A DNA stretch of 64,000 nucleotides from assembly GCA_031409255.1 (NCBI GenBank), contig JANNWW010000074.1, forward strand, positions 18,042-82,041, written 5' to 3'. The notes beneath the pieces are model-generated. The model ran no database searches. It was given only the letters and a program-made list of their open reading frames with translations, and was not told the origin of the DNA. This DNA comes from Crocinitomicaceae bacterium. Its GTDB lineage: Bacteria > Bacteroidota > Bacteroidia > Flavobacteriales_D > Crocinitomicaceae. Of the stretch, positions 1 to 9,153 are shown one piece after another. Made by a program: the position numbers and the translations under genes. The stretch's first letter is position 1. Every line of letters begins with the position of its first letter.

Positions 1-1
1 C

Positions 2-907
2 TACTTAGCAGCGCGTGAAATGCAGGAGAAAAATCTAGATAGAAGTTTTCTTACCCAATGTTTTGAAGACTTGCGTGCTTCTCGTCCAACAGCAGTGAAC
101 TTATTTTGGGCTTTAGATCGGATGAGTAAAGCGTTAGAAAACGGAGATAATTTAGTGCAAATTGCTTGGGAAGAAGCAGGGAAAATTGTGGAGGATGATA
201 TTGAAACCTGTCGCATGATTGGAGTTCACGGTCTGCCTTTAATTGAAGAAATTTCAAAAAGGAAACAAGGAGAAGTTGTCAATATATTAACTCATTGTAA
301 TGCAGGAATGCTTGGTTGTATTGAATGGGGAACAATTTCTTCGCCCATTTATCAAGCGGTTCAAAAAGGAATTAATTTACATGTTTGGGTAGATGAAACC
401 CGCCCGCGCCTCCAGGGTGCTAATTTGACAGCATATGAGTTAACGCGTCACAATGTGCCTCATACCTTAATTGTTGATAATCAAGGCGGACATTTAATGC
501 AGCACGGAATGGTTGATATGTGTATTGTTGGAACCGATAGAACTACTCGTCAGGGAGATGTGGCAAACAAAATCGGAACCTATTTAAAAGCATTGGCTGC
601 TCATGATAATAACATTCCTTTTTACGTTGCTTTGCCTTCCACAACTTTAGATTGGACAATTAAAGATGGATTGAAAGAAATACCAATCGAACAGCGAAAT
701 CAAGACGAAGTAAGATGGGTAGTTGGAAAAAGTAAGGCAACTGGTAAAATGGATGAAGTATTGATTTGTCCAGAAACAACTAATGCTAGTAATTATGGCT
801 TTGATGTCACTCCAGCAAGGTTGGTTACTGCATTGATAACTGAAAGAGGCGTTTGCGCAGCTAGTGAGGAAGGTTTAATAAATTTATTTCCAGAAAATAA
901 AGTGTAA
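2..907 (+). CDS. mtnA: S-methyl-5-thioribose-1-phosphate isomerase (5' end runs off the window)
   Basis: RPTAVNLFWA, LTHCNAG, WVDETRPRLQGA, DVANKIGTY, FDVTP motifs. The frame is open from base 2; the ORF track starts at internal ATG 20. Confidence 0.93.
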   Translation, partial: YLAAREMQEKNLDRSFLTQCFEDLRASRPTAVNLFWALDRMSKALENGDNLVQIAWEEAGKIVEDDIETCRMIGVHGLPLIEEISKRKQGEVVNILTHCNAGMLGCIEWGTISSPIYQAVQKGINLHVWVDETRPRLQGANLTAYELTRHNVPHTLIVDNQGGHLMQHGMVDMCIVGTDRTTRQGDVANKIGTYLKALAAHDNNIPFYVALPSTTLDWTIKDGLKEIPIEQRNQDEVRWVVGKSKATGKMDEVLICPETTNASNYGFDVTPARLVTALITERGVCAASEEGLINLFPENKV

Positions 908-915
908 TTTTTTTT

Positions 916-1057
916 GGTGGCAATTCCGCCTACGTTTGCAATTCCACTTTCAATAAAAGAGCTCACATCAATTTAAAAGAACTTCCTTCGGTCGTTTTTT
1001 AAATGTGTGTTCACTTTACTTTTTTTGAAGCGTTTCATTTTCACCTTCGTCGGGCCA
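916..1057. repeat. Dispersed structured intergenic element, copy 1 (copy 2 at 38734-38875)
   Basis: Near-identical blocks GGCAATTCCGCC, TTTAAAAGAACTTCC..GGTCGTTTTTT and CATTTTCA.CTTCGTCGGGCCA occur in the same order in both 142-nt copies. Confidence 0.85.
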
Positions 1058-1346
1058 AGAAGTCGTTTTAAGAACTGATTACTAGTTAAAGTATTTTAGG
1101 CTTCGCTAAATGAATTCACATTAAAAAGTACGATTCATGAGTTACTAACACGCCTCCAATTGAAAATCTTAACTGTTACAATCCGATCGTAACGGATAAG
1201 AATCAAACAAACCAGTACATTTCTTAACAACCAAAAAATCGATCATTTTTTTTGTTAAATTTAAATTGATCAAAAATATGGTTATTTTTCCATCAAAATT
1301 TGGTTAATAAAATGTTTTTCATTAATTTCATTCTCAATCAAAAAAT

Positions 1347-1842
1347 ATGTTTAGAATGAATCAAACAAATAACCCTTGTAAACAACTAAAATGTATTCAA
1401 CGTGAAATGGTAATTACTGGAAGATTCTTTAAAGTTTTCTGTGGAATAAATTGCAAAAACAATTACCATAAAACTCAACGCGCATATAAAAAAGACAACA
1501 TTCAACACATAGAAGATATTCTACACAAAAATTATTTCATACGCGAAGGTCTGCTTGAAAGTAAAAGCATGCCTATTAGAAATAGATTCTTCAACCTTGT
1601 TTAAATTAGGTTATTCTACAAACATTATCGCAAATACAAACAAAGAAGGAAACGCATGTTGTTTTGATTATTTTTTAAAATTTATAAATCAAACTAAAAT
1701 TACCATTTATTTGCCTGAAAACAGAAAAAAACACAACCGAATTTTTTACACTAGATGGCATTTCCGCTTTCGACATCTTTATACAAACCTAATTGATACT
1801 CCCAATTTAATTCCAAAATCGTATGCTACCAAAAATGAATGA
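1347..1842 (+). pseudogene. Frameshifted Bacteroidota Zn-ribbon-type hypothetical protein (ORFs 1347-1604 and 1555-1842)
   Basis: ORF1 has C..ITGR..K.FC...CKN.YH..IL.KNY. ORF2 continues L.KLGY..G..CCFDY. Removing one A from AAAA at 1563-1566 joins them. Confidence 0.55.
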
Positions 1843-3061
1843 AAAATACCTCCATCTTATTTGGAAAACAAAACGTTTGCCTTTTCATTTACTAAAAACA
1901 ACAAATAATGAAAAAATATCAATTTTAAATACGGGCGTCTATAACCTAGCTTCAGGACCAGATTTTTTTAATGGCCAAATCGAAATTGAAGACATTAAAA
2001 TTTCAGGAAACATTGAGTTACATGTAAAAAGTTCAGATTGGTTTTTGCATAAACATCAATTTGATTCAACTTACAACAACGTTATACTTCATGTGGTTTA
2101 TGAAAACGATAGAGACTTAGAAATAAATGAACGCAAAATCCCTACCTTAGAATTAAAAAATTTTATTGATTGGGATCATTTTCAACTCATTAACACATCT
2201 GTTTTTTCAAATAAAATTCCCTGTGAGAATAGTTTTCAACTTGCAAACGAAGTGCTTATATGGTCCCAATTCGAACAAGCTTTACTAGAGCGTATAACTC
2301 GAAAAGTAAACGATTTGGATAAATTAAATACGCATTTGAATAATCCTAAAAAAGTATTTTTAGTATCTTTAGCTCAAACTTTTGGGATGAAAGTGAACGC
2401 GTTTCCTTTTGTTGAACTTGCATTTCGACTTCCCATAGAAACATGGCTCAATTTACCAATCGAAAACAAAATAATTTCTGCAATAGGAATAGCAGGCTTA
2501 GAAAACAATCTCTCCGCTTCTGCCTTGAATGAATGGAAATTCACTCAGCATAAATTCTTAGTTTTAGAAATGAATGTTCAAACCTGGAAATTCAAAGGAT
2601 TAAGGCCTGCTGGTTTTCCAATTAACAGAATTATTCAATTTGCACTTTTTTGTCATTTTTTCTCCTGGGATTTCACTATTTTTAATCAATCAGCTAACAG
2701 TATTGTAGAAACTTTTAAAAGTATTAAACGAATTCCTTTAGACGATTACAGCCATTTATTCAATCAAAAAATAGACATAAAAATTAATGATTCATTAATA
2801 GATTTAGTATTAATAAACACAATTTCTCCATTTATTCAACTATATAAAAGCTACTTAGGCGAGAATTATGACTTTTCAAATTCAATAAGCTTACTCGAAA
2901 ACATTAAACAAGAAACTAACTCTATTACTAAATATTGGGAGAAAATAGGTGTAAAAATCAACTCTGCAGCAGATTCACAAAGCTTAATTGAACAATACAA
3001 CAACAAATGCGTTATGAAAAAATGCATGAATTGTCAAATTTCAAGTGTCATTTTAAACTAA
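1835..3061 (+). CDS. DUF2851 family protein
   Basis: MNEKYLHLIW, GPDFFN, GNIELHVKSSDWFLHKH, YNNVILHVV motifs. ATG 1835 preferred over 1823. Confidence 0.88.
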   Translation: MNEKYLHLIWKTKRLPFHLLKTTNNEKISILNTGVYNLASGPDFFNGQIEIEDIKISGNIELHVKSSDWFLHKHQFDSTYNNVILHVVYENDRDLEINERKIPTLELKNFIDWDHFQLINTSVFSNKIPCENSFQLANEVLIWSQFEQALLERITRKVNDLDKLNTHLNNPKKVFLVSLAQTFGMKVNAFPFVELAFRLPIETWLNLPIENKIISAIGIAGLENNLSASALNEWKFTQHKFLVLEMNVQTWKFKGLRPAGFPINRIIQFALFCHFFSWDFTIFNQSANSIVETFKSIKRIPLDDYSHLFNQKIDIKINDSLIDLVLINTISPFIQLYKSYLGENYDFSNSISLLENIKQETNSITKYWEKIGVKINSAADSQSLIEQYNNKCVMKKCMNCQISSVILN

Positions 3062-3090
3062 AAGTGTAAATTCGAAACAGAATTCAAAAA

Positions 3091-3330
3091 ATGAAAAGAA
3101 TCTTACAAAAAATTGCTTTTTATTTCGAGCTTCGTTCATTCGGAGTGTGTTCTTGGATTGCCCGAAAAATGGGAATTCAACTAAACAAAGTGCGTTTAGG
3201 ATTTATTTATGCCACAATTATTGGATTAGGTTCACCACTAATTGTTTATTTAATTCTCGCTTGGCTTTTAGAACACAAACACTACTTTCAATTTAAACCA
3301 AGAAAACGCAAAACAATCTGGGAACTGTGA
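3091..3330 (+). CDS. PspC domain-containing membrane protein
   Basis: FGVCSWIARKMGI..KVRLGFIY..GSPLIVYLILA pattern. Confidence 0.8.
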   Translation: MKRILQKIAFYFELRSFGVCSWIARKMGIQLNKVRLGFIYATIIGLGSPLIVYLILAWLLEHKHYFQFKPRKRKTIWEL

Positions 3331-4226
3331 ATAAAATACTTATAACAGGTGCAAATGGTTTGTTGGGACAAAAAATTGTGAAACGTTGTTTGAAGCACAA
3401 CATTCCCTTTTTAGCAAGTTCTCTTGGTGTAAACAGAAATTCAAATTGCCCAAATGAACATTACCAATCAATAGATATTTGTTCTGAGAAAGACCTGATT
3501 TTTCTCTTTTCAACTCATTCATTTAGTGCTATAATTCACACTGCCGCATTAACTAATGTTGATTATTGTGAACTTCATCCAGATGAATGCCACCAGGTAA
3601 ATGTAATGGCAACTGAACAACTCTTCACCTATTCTCAAAAGCAAAATTGCCACTTTCAATTATTGTCTACTGATTTCGTATTCGATGGCGAAAAAGGAAA
3701 TTACATAGAAACAGACAACGTTCATCCGCTTTCCATTTACGCAGAATCAAAAGTGAACGCAGAGAAAATACTATTAAACTCAACTTATAAAAACTGGTCA
3801 ATTGCAAGAACAATAATAGTTTATGGCACTGCACAAGAACTTTCTAGGTCGAACCTCATTCTTTGGGCTATACAAGCACTTCCCAAAAACGATTCTATGC
3901 GTTTAGTGAATGATCAATTTAGAGCACCCACTTGGGCAGATGATTTGGCTTATGGATGTTTGGAGATTATTTTGAGAAATAAAGCTGGAATTTACCACTT
4001 GTCGGGTCCAGTTGTTCGTTCTGTTGACCAAATTGTTAGAGTAGTTGCCAGTGAATTGAGTATAGATTCCCCAATAATAGAAATTATTTCTTCTGTTCTT
4101 TTAAATCAACCGGCAAAACGACCGCCGAAAACTGGCTTTAATCTTAGTAAAGCGACCTTAGATCTAGATTATAATCCAAAAGATATTCGTGAAGCAGTTA
4201 AATTGTTAATAGAAGAATTAAAGTAG
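3327..4226 (+). CDS. dTDP-4-dehydrorhamnose reductase (RmlD/RfbD)-like SDR
   Basis: ITGANGLLG, HTAALTNVDYCE, STDFVFDG, YAESK, DQFRAPT, RP motif. Confidence 0.85.
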   Translation: MNKILITGANGLLGQKIVKRCLKHNIPFLASSLGVNRNSNCPNEHYQSIDICSEKDLIFLFSTHSFSAIIHTAALTNVDYCELHPDECHQVNVMATEQLFTYSQKQNCHFQLLSTDFVFDGEKGNYIETDNVHPLSIYAESKVNAEKILLNSTYKNWSIARTIIVYGTAQELSRSNLILWAIQALPKNDSMRLVNDQFRAPTWADDLAYGCLEIILRNKAGIYHLSGPVVRSVDQIVRVVASELSIDSPIIEIISSVLLNQPAKRPPKTGFNLSKATLDLDYNPKDIREAVKLLIEELK

Positions 4227-5099
4227 ATGGATTTTTTCAATACACCTACAAAAAGAACTACTCGTGGCATACTTTTATTTTTGCTAATACTTGTAGTTTG
4301 TTTTATTTTTCCTGATATAGTTCGATTTTTTCAAAAAGAAGAATCGTTTGTGCTTCATCAAATGAATGTAAAGCAAGAAGAAAAAATTAACCGATTAACC
4401 AACTTCAAATCACGTAGTTTTTCCTTCTCTAAAAAAAAACAAAAACTAAAGGCTCCTCCCTCAAAATTTAATCCAAATGAATATTCAATAAAAGATTGGA
4501 TGTATATAGGTTTGTCTGAAAAACAAGCTGCTGTGGTTTTGAAATTCACAAAATACCGCTTGAAATCAAATGCAGATCTAAAGAAAATTTTTATTATATC
4601 AGATGAATTATATGAGCTAATTAAAGATTCAACAATTTACCCTGAAACAAATTTTAAGAATGAATATCCCAAAAATGAATATGCAGTGGTTGAAACTAAG
4701 ATTCAGAAATACGATTTAAATTCCGTTACAGAAGAAGAGCTACTCAAAATTAGAGGAATAGGCCCGTTTTTCGCTAAACAGATTATTAAAAAAAGAGATC
4801 AATTAGGTGGTTTTTATCGCTACGACCAATTAATTGAAGTATGGAAAGTTACGGAAGAAAACATGGTAATTTGGTCGCCAAGTTTAGAAATTGATTTAGC
4901 GCAAATCCGAAAAATAAACATCAACACTGTTAGTGCTGAAGAATTAACTAAACACCCCTATTTTTCATGGAATGTAGCTAATTCAGTTGTTAAAATACGC
5001 GAACAAAACGGGCGGTTTTTAAAAATCGAAAGCATAAAAAAATCACATTTAATTACCGAAGAATTGTTTGAAAAACTAAAACCCTATTTAACTTTGTGA
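4227..5099 (+). CDS. ComEA-like helix-hairpin-helix DNA-binding protein with N-terminal TM anchor
   Basis: DLNSVTEEELLKIRGIGPFFAKQI and ININTVSAEELTKHPY HhH repeats. Confidence 0.85.
   Translation: MDFFNTPTKRTTRGILLFLLILVVCFIFPDIVRFFQKEESFVLHQMNVKQEEKINRLTNFKSRSFSFSKKKQKLKAPPSKFNPNEYSIKDWMYIGLSEKQAAVVLKFTKYRLKSNADLKKIFIISDELYELIKDSTIYPETNFKNEYPKNEYAVVETKIQKYDLNSVTEEELLKIRGIGPFFAKQIIKKRDQLGGFYRYDQLIEVWKVTEENMVIWSPSLEIDLAQIRKININTVSAEELTKHPYFSWNVANSVVKIREQNGRFLKIESIKKSHLITEELFEKLKPYLTL
5089..5096 (+). promoter_or_regulatory. Candidate Bacteroidota -7 promoter element upstream of apt
   Basis: TAACTTTG (TAnnTTTG) ends 5 nt before ATG 5102. Confidence 0.4.
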
Positions 5100-5101
5100 A
5101 T

Positions 5102-5629
5102 ATGATAGAAGAAAAAATAAAATCCGTAATTCGCGATGTTCCTGATTTTCCAAAAGAAGGAATTGTTTTTAAAGATATTAGTCCGATTATGTTGGATGCA
5201 GAATTGTCCAACGAAATTGTTGAACATTTAGCAACAGAATATAGAAATATGGGCATTACAAAAATTGCTGGAATTGAAAGTAGAGGTTTTTTATTCGGCT
5301 ATCCTTTGGCAATGAAACTTGGAATTCCATTTATTTTAATTCGTAAAGCAGGTAAACTACCATACCATAAAATTAGTCATTCATACGATTTGGAATACGG
5401 TTCTGCGACCATAGAAATGCACACTGACGCAATTGAAAAAGGGGATAAGGTTTTGATTCACGACGACCTCCTCGCCACAGGCGGATCTGCTAGCGCTGCA
5501 GCTGAATTGATTCAAAAATGTGGCGGTGAAATTGCTGGTTTTAGCTTTTTAGTTGGATTAAGTTTTCTAGAAGGTCAGTCGAAATTAACGAATTACTCTA
5601 AAAATATCACTAATTTAGTGAACTATTAA
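5102..5629 (+). CDS. apt: Adenine phosphoribosyltransferase
   Basis: DFPKEGIVFKDI, IESRGFLFG, RKAGKLP, LEYG, HDDLLATGGS. Confidence 0.96.
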   Translation: MIEEKIKSVIRDVPDFPKEGIVFKDISPIMLDAELSNEIVEHLATEYRNMGITKIAGIESRGFLFGYPLAMKLGIPFILIRKAGKLPYHKISHSYDLEYGSATIEMHTDAIEKGDKVLIHDDLLATGGSASAAAELIQKCGGEIAGFSFLVGLSFLEGQSKLTNYSKNITNLVNY

Positions 5630-5682
5630 CAAATGATTTATTTACTACACTGTTTTAACTGACATTACAATTACTGTTAAAA

Positions 5683-6822
5683 ATGAATTTTGAATACAAC
5701 GAAAATCAAAAAATGATTGCGCAAATGGTGCGTGATTTTGCTGAGAAGGAAATTCGTCCGAATATGAAAAAATGGGACGATGAAGAGTTTTTTCCGGTAG
5801 ATGTGATGAAGAAAATGGGTGACTTAGGATTACTAGGAATTTACATCCCAGAAACTTACGGAGGAAGTGGGTTTACCTATTTCGAGTATGCTACCGCACT
5901 TATGGAATTAGGAAAAGTGTGTGGGGGAATTGGCTTATCAGTTGCTGCGCACAATTCATTATGTACAGGCCACATTTATTATCATGGTTCTGAAGAACAA
6001 AAGAAAAAATATTTACCCAAATTATCGAGTGGTGAATGGATAGGTGCTTGGGGTTTAACAGAGCCAAACACCGGGTCAGACGCAATGCGCATGAAATGTA
6101 CAGCCGTAAAAGACGGAGATTATTGGGTAATCAACGGTGCGAAAAACTGGATTACTCACGGTTTGTCTGGAGATGTAGCTGTAGTTTTAATTCGTACTGG
6201 TGAATTGTTGGATTCCAATGGAATCTCAGCATTTATTATTGAAAAAGGAACACCAGGTTTTTCTGCTGTTAAAATAAAAGATAAATTAGGTGTGCGTGCT
6301 TCCGAAACTGCTGAATTGATTTTTGAAAACGTTCGCGTACACGAATCTCAAATTATTGGCGAAGTTGGTCAAGGTTTCAAACAAGCTATGCATATTTTAG
6401 ACGGAGGTAGAATTTCAATTGCTGCACTTTCTTGTGGAATTGCACGTGGAGCTTATGAAGCTTCAGTTAAGTACGCTAAAGAGCGCGAACAGTTCGGTCA
6501 GCCAATTGGTAAATTCCAAGCAATCGGATTCAAATTAGCAGACATGGCAACAGAAGTTGAAGCTGCAGAATTATTGACTTTTCAGGCCGCATATTTAAAA
6601 AATGAAGGAAAGAAAATGACAAGTGAAGGCGCCTATGCAAAATATTTCGCTTCAGAAGTTTCAGTGAAATGTGGAAACGAAGCTGTACAAATAATGGGTG
6701 GATATGGCTACACAAAAGAGTATCCAGCTGAAAAATTCCTTCGAGATGCAAAACTTATGACCATCGGTGAAGGAACATCAGAAATTCAAAAAGTAGTTAT
6801 TTCGAGAGAAATTTTTAAATAA
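5683..6822 (+). CDS. Acyl-CoA dehydrogenase
   Basis: LTEPNTGSDA, NGAKNWIT, KLGVRASET, YGYTKEYPAEKFLRDAKLMTIGEGTSEIQ. Confidence 0.95.
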   Translation: MNFEYNENQKMIAQMVRDFAEKEIRPNMKKWDDEEFFPVDVMKKMGDLGLLGIYIPETYGGSGFTYFEYATALMELGKVCGGIGLSVAAHNSLCTGHIYYHGSEEQKKKYLPKLSSGEWIGAWGLTEPNTGSDAMRMKCTAVKDGDYWVINGAKNWITHGLSGDVAVVLIRTGELLDSNGISAFIIEKGTPGFSAVKIKDKLGVRASETAELIFENVRVHESQIIGEVGQGFKQAMHILDGGRISIAALSCGIARGAYEASVKYAKEREQFGQPIGKFQAIGFKLADMATEVEAAELLTFQAAYLKNEGKKMTSEGAYAKYFASEVSVKCGNEAVQIMGGYGYTKEYPAEKFLRDAKLMTIGEGTSEIQKVVISREIFK

Positions 6823-6846
6823 ATAGTGTGTAAAAAAAAAAGTGTT

Positions 6847-6854
6847 TATATTTG
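6847..6854 (+). promoter_or_regulatory. Bacteroidota -7 promoter element of rpsU
   Basis: TATATTTG followed by CACCC, 35 nt upstream of the rpsU ATG. Confidence 0.7.
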
Positions 6855-6888
6855 CACCCCGTAATAAAGCAATAAATAGAATTATAAT

Positions 6889-7080
6889 ATGTTAATTATT
6901 CCAGTAAAAGAAGGCGAAAACATCGAGAAAGCGCTTAAGAAGTACAAGAAAAAGTACGACAAAACTAACGTGATGAAAGAATTACGTAGAAGAAAAGAAT
7001 TTGTAAAGTCTTCAGTGACATTACGACAGTCTAACATCAAGGCAGCTTACGCTCAAAAGATGAAGTCGCTTGATATGTAA
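6889..7080 (+). CDS. rpsU: 30S ribosomal protein bS21
   Basis: MLIIPVKEGENIEKALKKYKKK..ELRRRKEFVKSSV. Confidence 0.97.
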   Translation: MLIIPVKEGENIEKALKKYKKKYDKTNVMKELRRRKEFVKSSVTLRQSNIKAAYAQKMKSLDM

Positions 7081-7103
7081 GAAATAATTTCCTAAAAATA
7101 GTG

Positions 7104-7132
7104 AAGGAATCCATTTTGGGTTCCTTTTTTTT
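7104..7132 (+). terminator. Intrinsic terminator after rpsU
   Basis: AAGGAATCC/GGGTTCCTT stem followed by a T run. Confidence 0.7.
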
Positions 7133-7154
7133 GTACTTTTCCTCAAAGTTTAAA

Positions 7155-8033
7155 ATGAACTACGTCGAAGAATTTATTCAGTATTTAGAAGTTGAAAAAC
7201 GATTTTCGAAACATACTGTCGTTGCGTACAAAAATGACTTGTCCGATTTTGAACTTTTTGCTGAATTAAAATTAAATTCAGATTGGACAGATGTAAATCA
7301 CCAATTAATTAGAGCTTGGATGGTTGATTTGTTAGAGAAAAAATTAACCAACAAAACCGTCAATCGAAAAATATCTTCTCTTCGCTCTTTATATAAGTGG
7401 TTAAAAAACTCCAATCAAATTGAAAACAATCCGCTTCAAAAAATACGTGCTCCAAAAGTTGAAAAACGCTTGCCTCAATTTGTAAAAACAAGTGAATTGG
7501 AAGTTAAGCAGTTAAATGAGTTGTTCTCAAATTCATTCGATGGTCAGCGCGATCGATTAATGCTGGAGGTGTTTTACCAAACAGGCATTCGATTATCTGA
7601 ATTAATAGAATTAAAAGAGATAAACGTGCTTGAGCAACAAATTAAAGTTTTGGGAAAACGAAACAAAGAACGATTAATTCCTATTTCTTCCGAATTAAAT
7701 GTGTTAATAAATCAATACAGAGAAGTTAAACCGCTAAATGATGCGGCAGAAATTTTTCTTTTTTGCCAAAAAAACGGAAAAAAAATCAACCCAATGTTTG
7801 TCTACAGAAAAATAACGAGCTATTTAGGAACGGTTTCAAATGTTCAAAAGAAAAGTCCACACGTTTTGAGACACACCTTTGCAACTCATTTACTAAACAA
7901 TGGAGCAGGATTAGAAACTTTAAAAGAATTGTTAGGCCACTCTAATCTTTCGGCAACACAAGTTTACACACACAATTCTTTCACTCAAATTAACGCTATA
8001 TATTCAGAAGCTCATCCTAGAGCGAAGAAATAG
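7155..8033 (+). CDS. xerC: Tyrosine recombinase XerC-type
   Basis: TGIRLSEL, VLGKRNKERLIP, PHVLRHTFATHLL, LGHSNLSATQVYT (R-K-H-R-H-Y). Conserved rpsU-xer-hpf context. ATG 7155 preferred. Confidence 0.8.
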   Translation: MNYVEEFIQYLEVEKRFSKHTVVAYKNDLSDFELFAELKLNSDWTDVNHQLIRAWMVDLLEKKLTNKTVNRKISSLRSLYKWLKNSNQIENNPLQKIRAPKVEKRLPQFVKTSELEVKQLNELFSNSFDGQRDRLMLEVFYQTGIRLSELIELKEINVLEQQIKVLGKRNKERLIPISSELNVLINQYREVKPLNDAAEIFLFCQKNGKKINPMFVYRKITSYLGTVSNVQKKSPHVLRHTFATHLLNNGAGLETLKELLGHSNLSATQVYTHNSFTQINAIYSEAHPRAKK

Positions 8034-8243
8034 TTTCAATTTTTCAAATAGATTAATTGCTACTTAATTCTTAAATTACTATTTCGAATTCATTTTTTTT
8101 CTTTTGCTTTTACTATTGCAAAAAAATGTTATTTTTTTTGGTGTTTTTAAATTATATAATTACTTTAGAACTGGTTCAATTTTAATTGCATCAAATTCTA
8201 GTTATTCACCCGCTCACTCTTGTGCGCACAAAAGTAATAAGTC

Positions 8244-8540
8244 ATGGACGTAAAAGTGCATTCTATTCATTTTAAAGCAGATCAAAAATTGCTCGACTTT
8301 GTAAATGAAAAATTAGGAAAATTACAGGTTCAATTTGATCAAATTATTGTCAGTGAAGTTTTTTTAAGGTTAGACAATGATTCTGATAAAGAAAACAAGA
8401 TCGCTGAGGTTAAAATTTTGATTCCTGGAAAAGAGCTTTTTGCTAAGAAACAGTGTAAATCCTTCGAGGAAGCAACAGATTTGTGCATTGATGCACTCAA
8501 AACACAGATTCAAAAATACAAATCTAAAATAGCAAGTTAG
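8244..8540 (+). CDS. hpf: Ribosome hibernation promoting factor / RaiA
   Basis: HFKADQKL, ENKIAEVKILIPGKELFAKKQCKSFEEATD. Confidence 0.9.
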   Translation: MDVKVHSIHFKADQKLLDFVNEKLGKLQVQFDQIIVSEVFLRLDNDSDKENKIAEVKILIPGKELFAKKQCKSFEEATDLCIDALKTQIQKYKSKIAS

Positions 8541-8562
8541 TCTGATTATTAACTATTTATTG

Positions 8563-8593
8563 TGAGCAACTTTATGAGTTGCTCATTTTTTTT
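8563..8593 (+). terminator. Intrinsic terminator after hpf
   Basis: TGAGCAACT/AGTTGCTCA stem plus 8 T. Confidence 0.8.
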
Positions 8594-8614
8594 AGATTTT
8601 TTTTAACTGAAGTG

Positions 8615-8644
8615 TTGTGCATATCCAAAAAGTCACTACATTTG
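8615..8644 (+). promoter_or_regulatory. Bacteroidota primary-sigma promoter of the tRNA-tuf operon
   Basis: TTG (8615-8617), 19-nt spacer, TACATTTG (8637-8644): consensus -33/-7 geometry. Confidence 0.8.
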
Positions 8645-8704
8645 CAAACCCAAACGGGAAAAACACAGAAAAACGTTCTTTTACATTAAAATATCAAAAT
8701 TATT

Positions 8705-8778
8705 GCCGGTGTAGCTCAGTTGGCTAGAGCAGCTGATTTGTAATCAGCAGGTCGGAGGTTCGAGTCCCTCCACCGGCT
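8705..8778 (+). tRNA. trnT: tRNA-Thr(TGT)
   Basis: Acceptor GCCGGTG/CACCGGC, anticodon arm GCTGA-TT-TGT-AA-TCAGC, T loop GTTCGAG. Confidence 0.97.
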
Positions 8779-8784
8779 CTTTTT

Positions 8785-8866
8785 GGGAGTGTCGCATAGT
8801 GGCTATTGCAGTAGACTGTAAATCTATCACCTTTCGGTATCACTGGTTCGAGTCCAGTCACTCCCA
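8785..8866 (+). tRNA. trnY: tRNA-Tyr(GTA)
   Basis: Acceptor GGGAGTG/CACTCCC, anticodon arm GTAGA-CT-GTA-AA-TCTAT, long variable arm. Confidence 0.96.
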
Positions 8867-8884
8867 CAACAATAATTTTTAAAA

Positions 8885-8957
8885 GCGGGAGTAGCTCAGT
8901 TGGTAGAGCGTCAGCCTTCCAAGCTGAGGGTCGCGAGTTCGAGTCTCGTCTCCCGCT
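8885..8957 (+). tRNA. trnG: tRNA-Gly(TCC)
   Basis: Acceptor GCGGGAG/CTCCCGC, anticodon arm TCAGC-CT-TCC-AA-GCTGA. Confidence 0.97.
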
Positions 8958-8994
8958 CTTTTAAAGAAAATATTTTAATATAAAAGGATTGTTT

Positions 8995-9066
8995 GCCGGT
9001 GTAGCTCAGGGGTAGAGCGCTTTCTTGGTAAGGAAGAGGTCACGAGTTCAATTCTCGTCATTGGCT
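8995..9066 (+). tRNA. trnT: tRNA-Thr(GGT)
   Basis: Acceptor GCCGGTG/CATTGGC, anticodon arm CTTTC-TT-GGT-AA-GGAAG. Confidence 0.95.
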
Positions 9067-9153
9067 CACAAAAAAAACTTCACTCATAAGTATGGGTGAA
9101 ATTTTGTATTAGATAGGAATATAGTTTTATTAACTCGTAACAAATAAGAACAA

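Noticed and set aside
916-1057. Hammerhead ribozyme or known riboswitch in the repeat (minus strand CCGACGAAG..GAAA)
   Set aside because: The core is not CUGANGA and the three hammerhead stems could not be built. No TPP, cobalamin or SAM consensus was recognised.
8172-8231. Sigma-54 promoter and TTGTGCGCACAA palindrome upstream of hpf
   Set aside because: GG-to-GC spacing is 13 nt rather than 10. The 12-bp palindrome alone is too short to interpret.
7155-9066. Tyrosine recombinase beside a tRNA cluster as a prophage or island integrase
   Set aside because: rpsU-xerC-hpf-tRNA-tuf is a conserved housekeeping order in Bacteroidota. No duplicated tRNA 3' end (att) or phage genes were seen.
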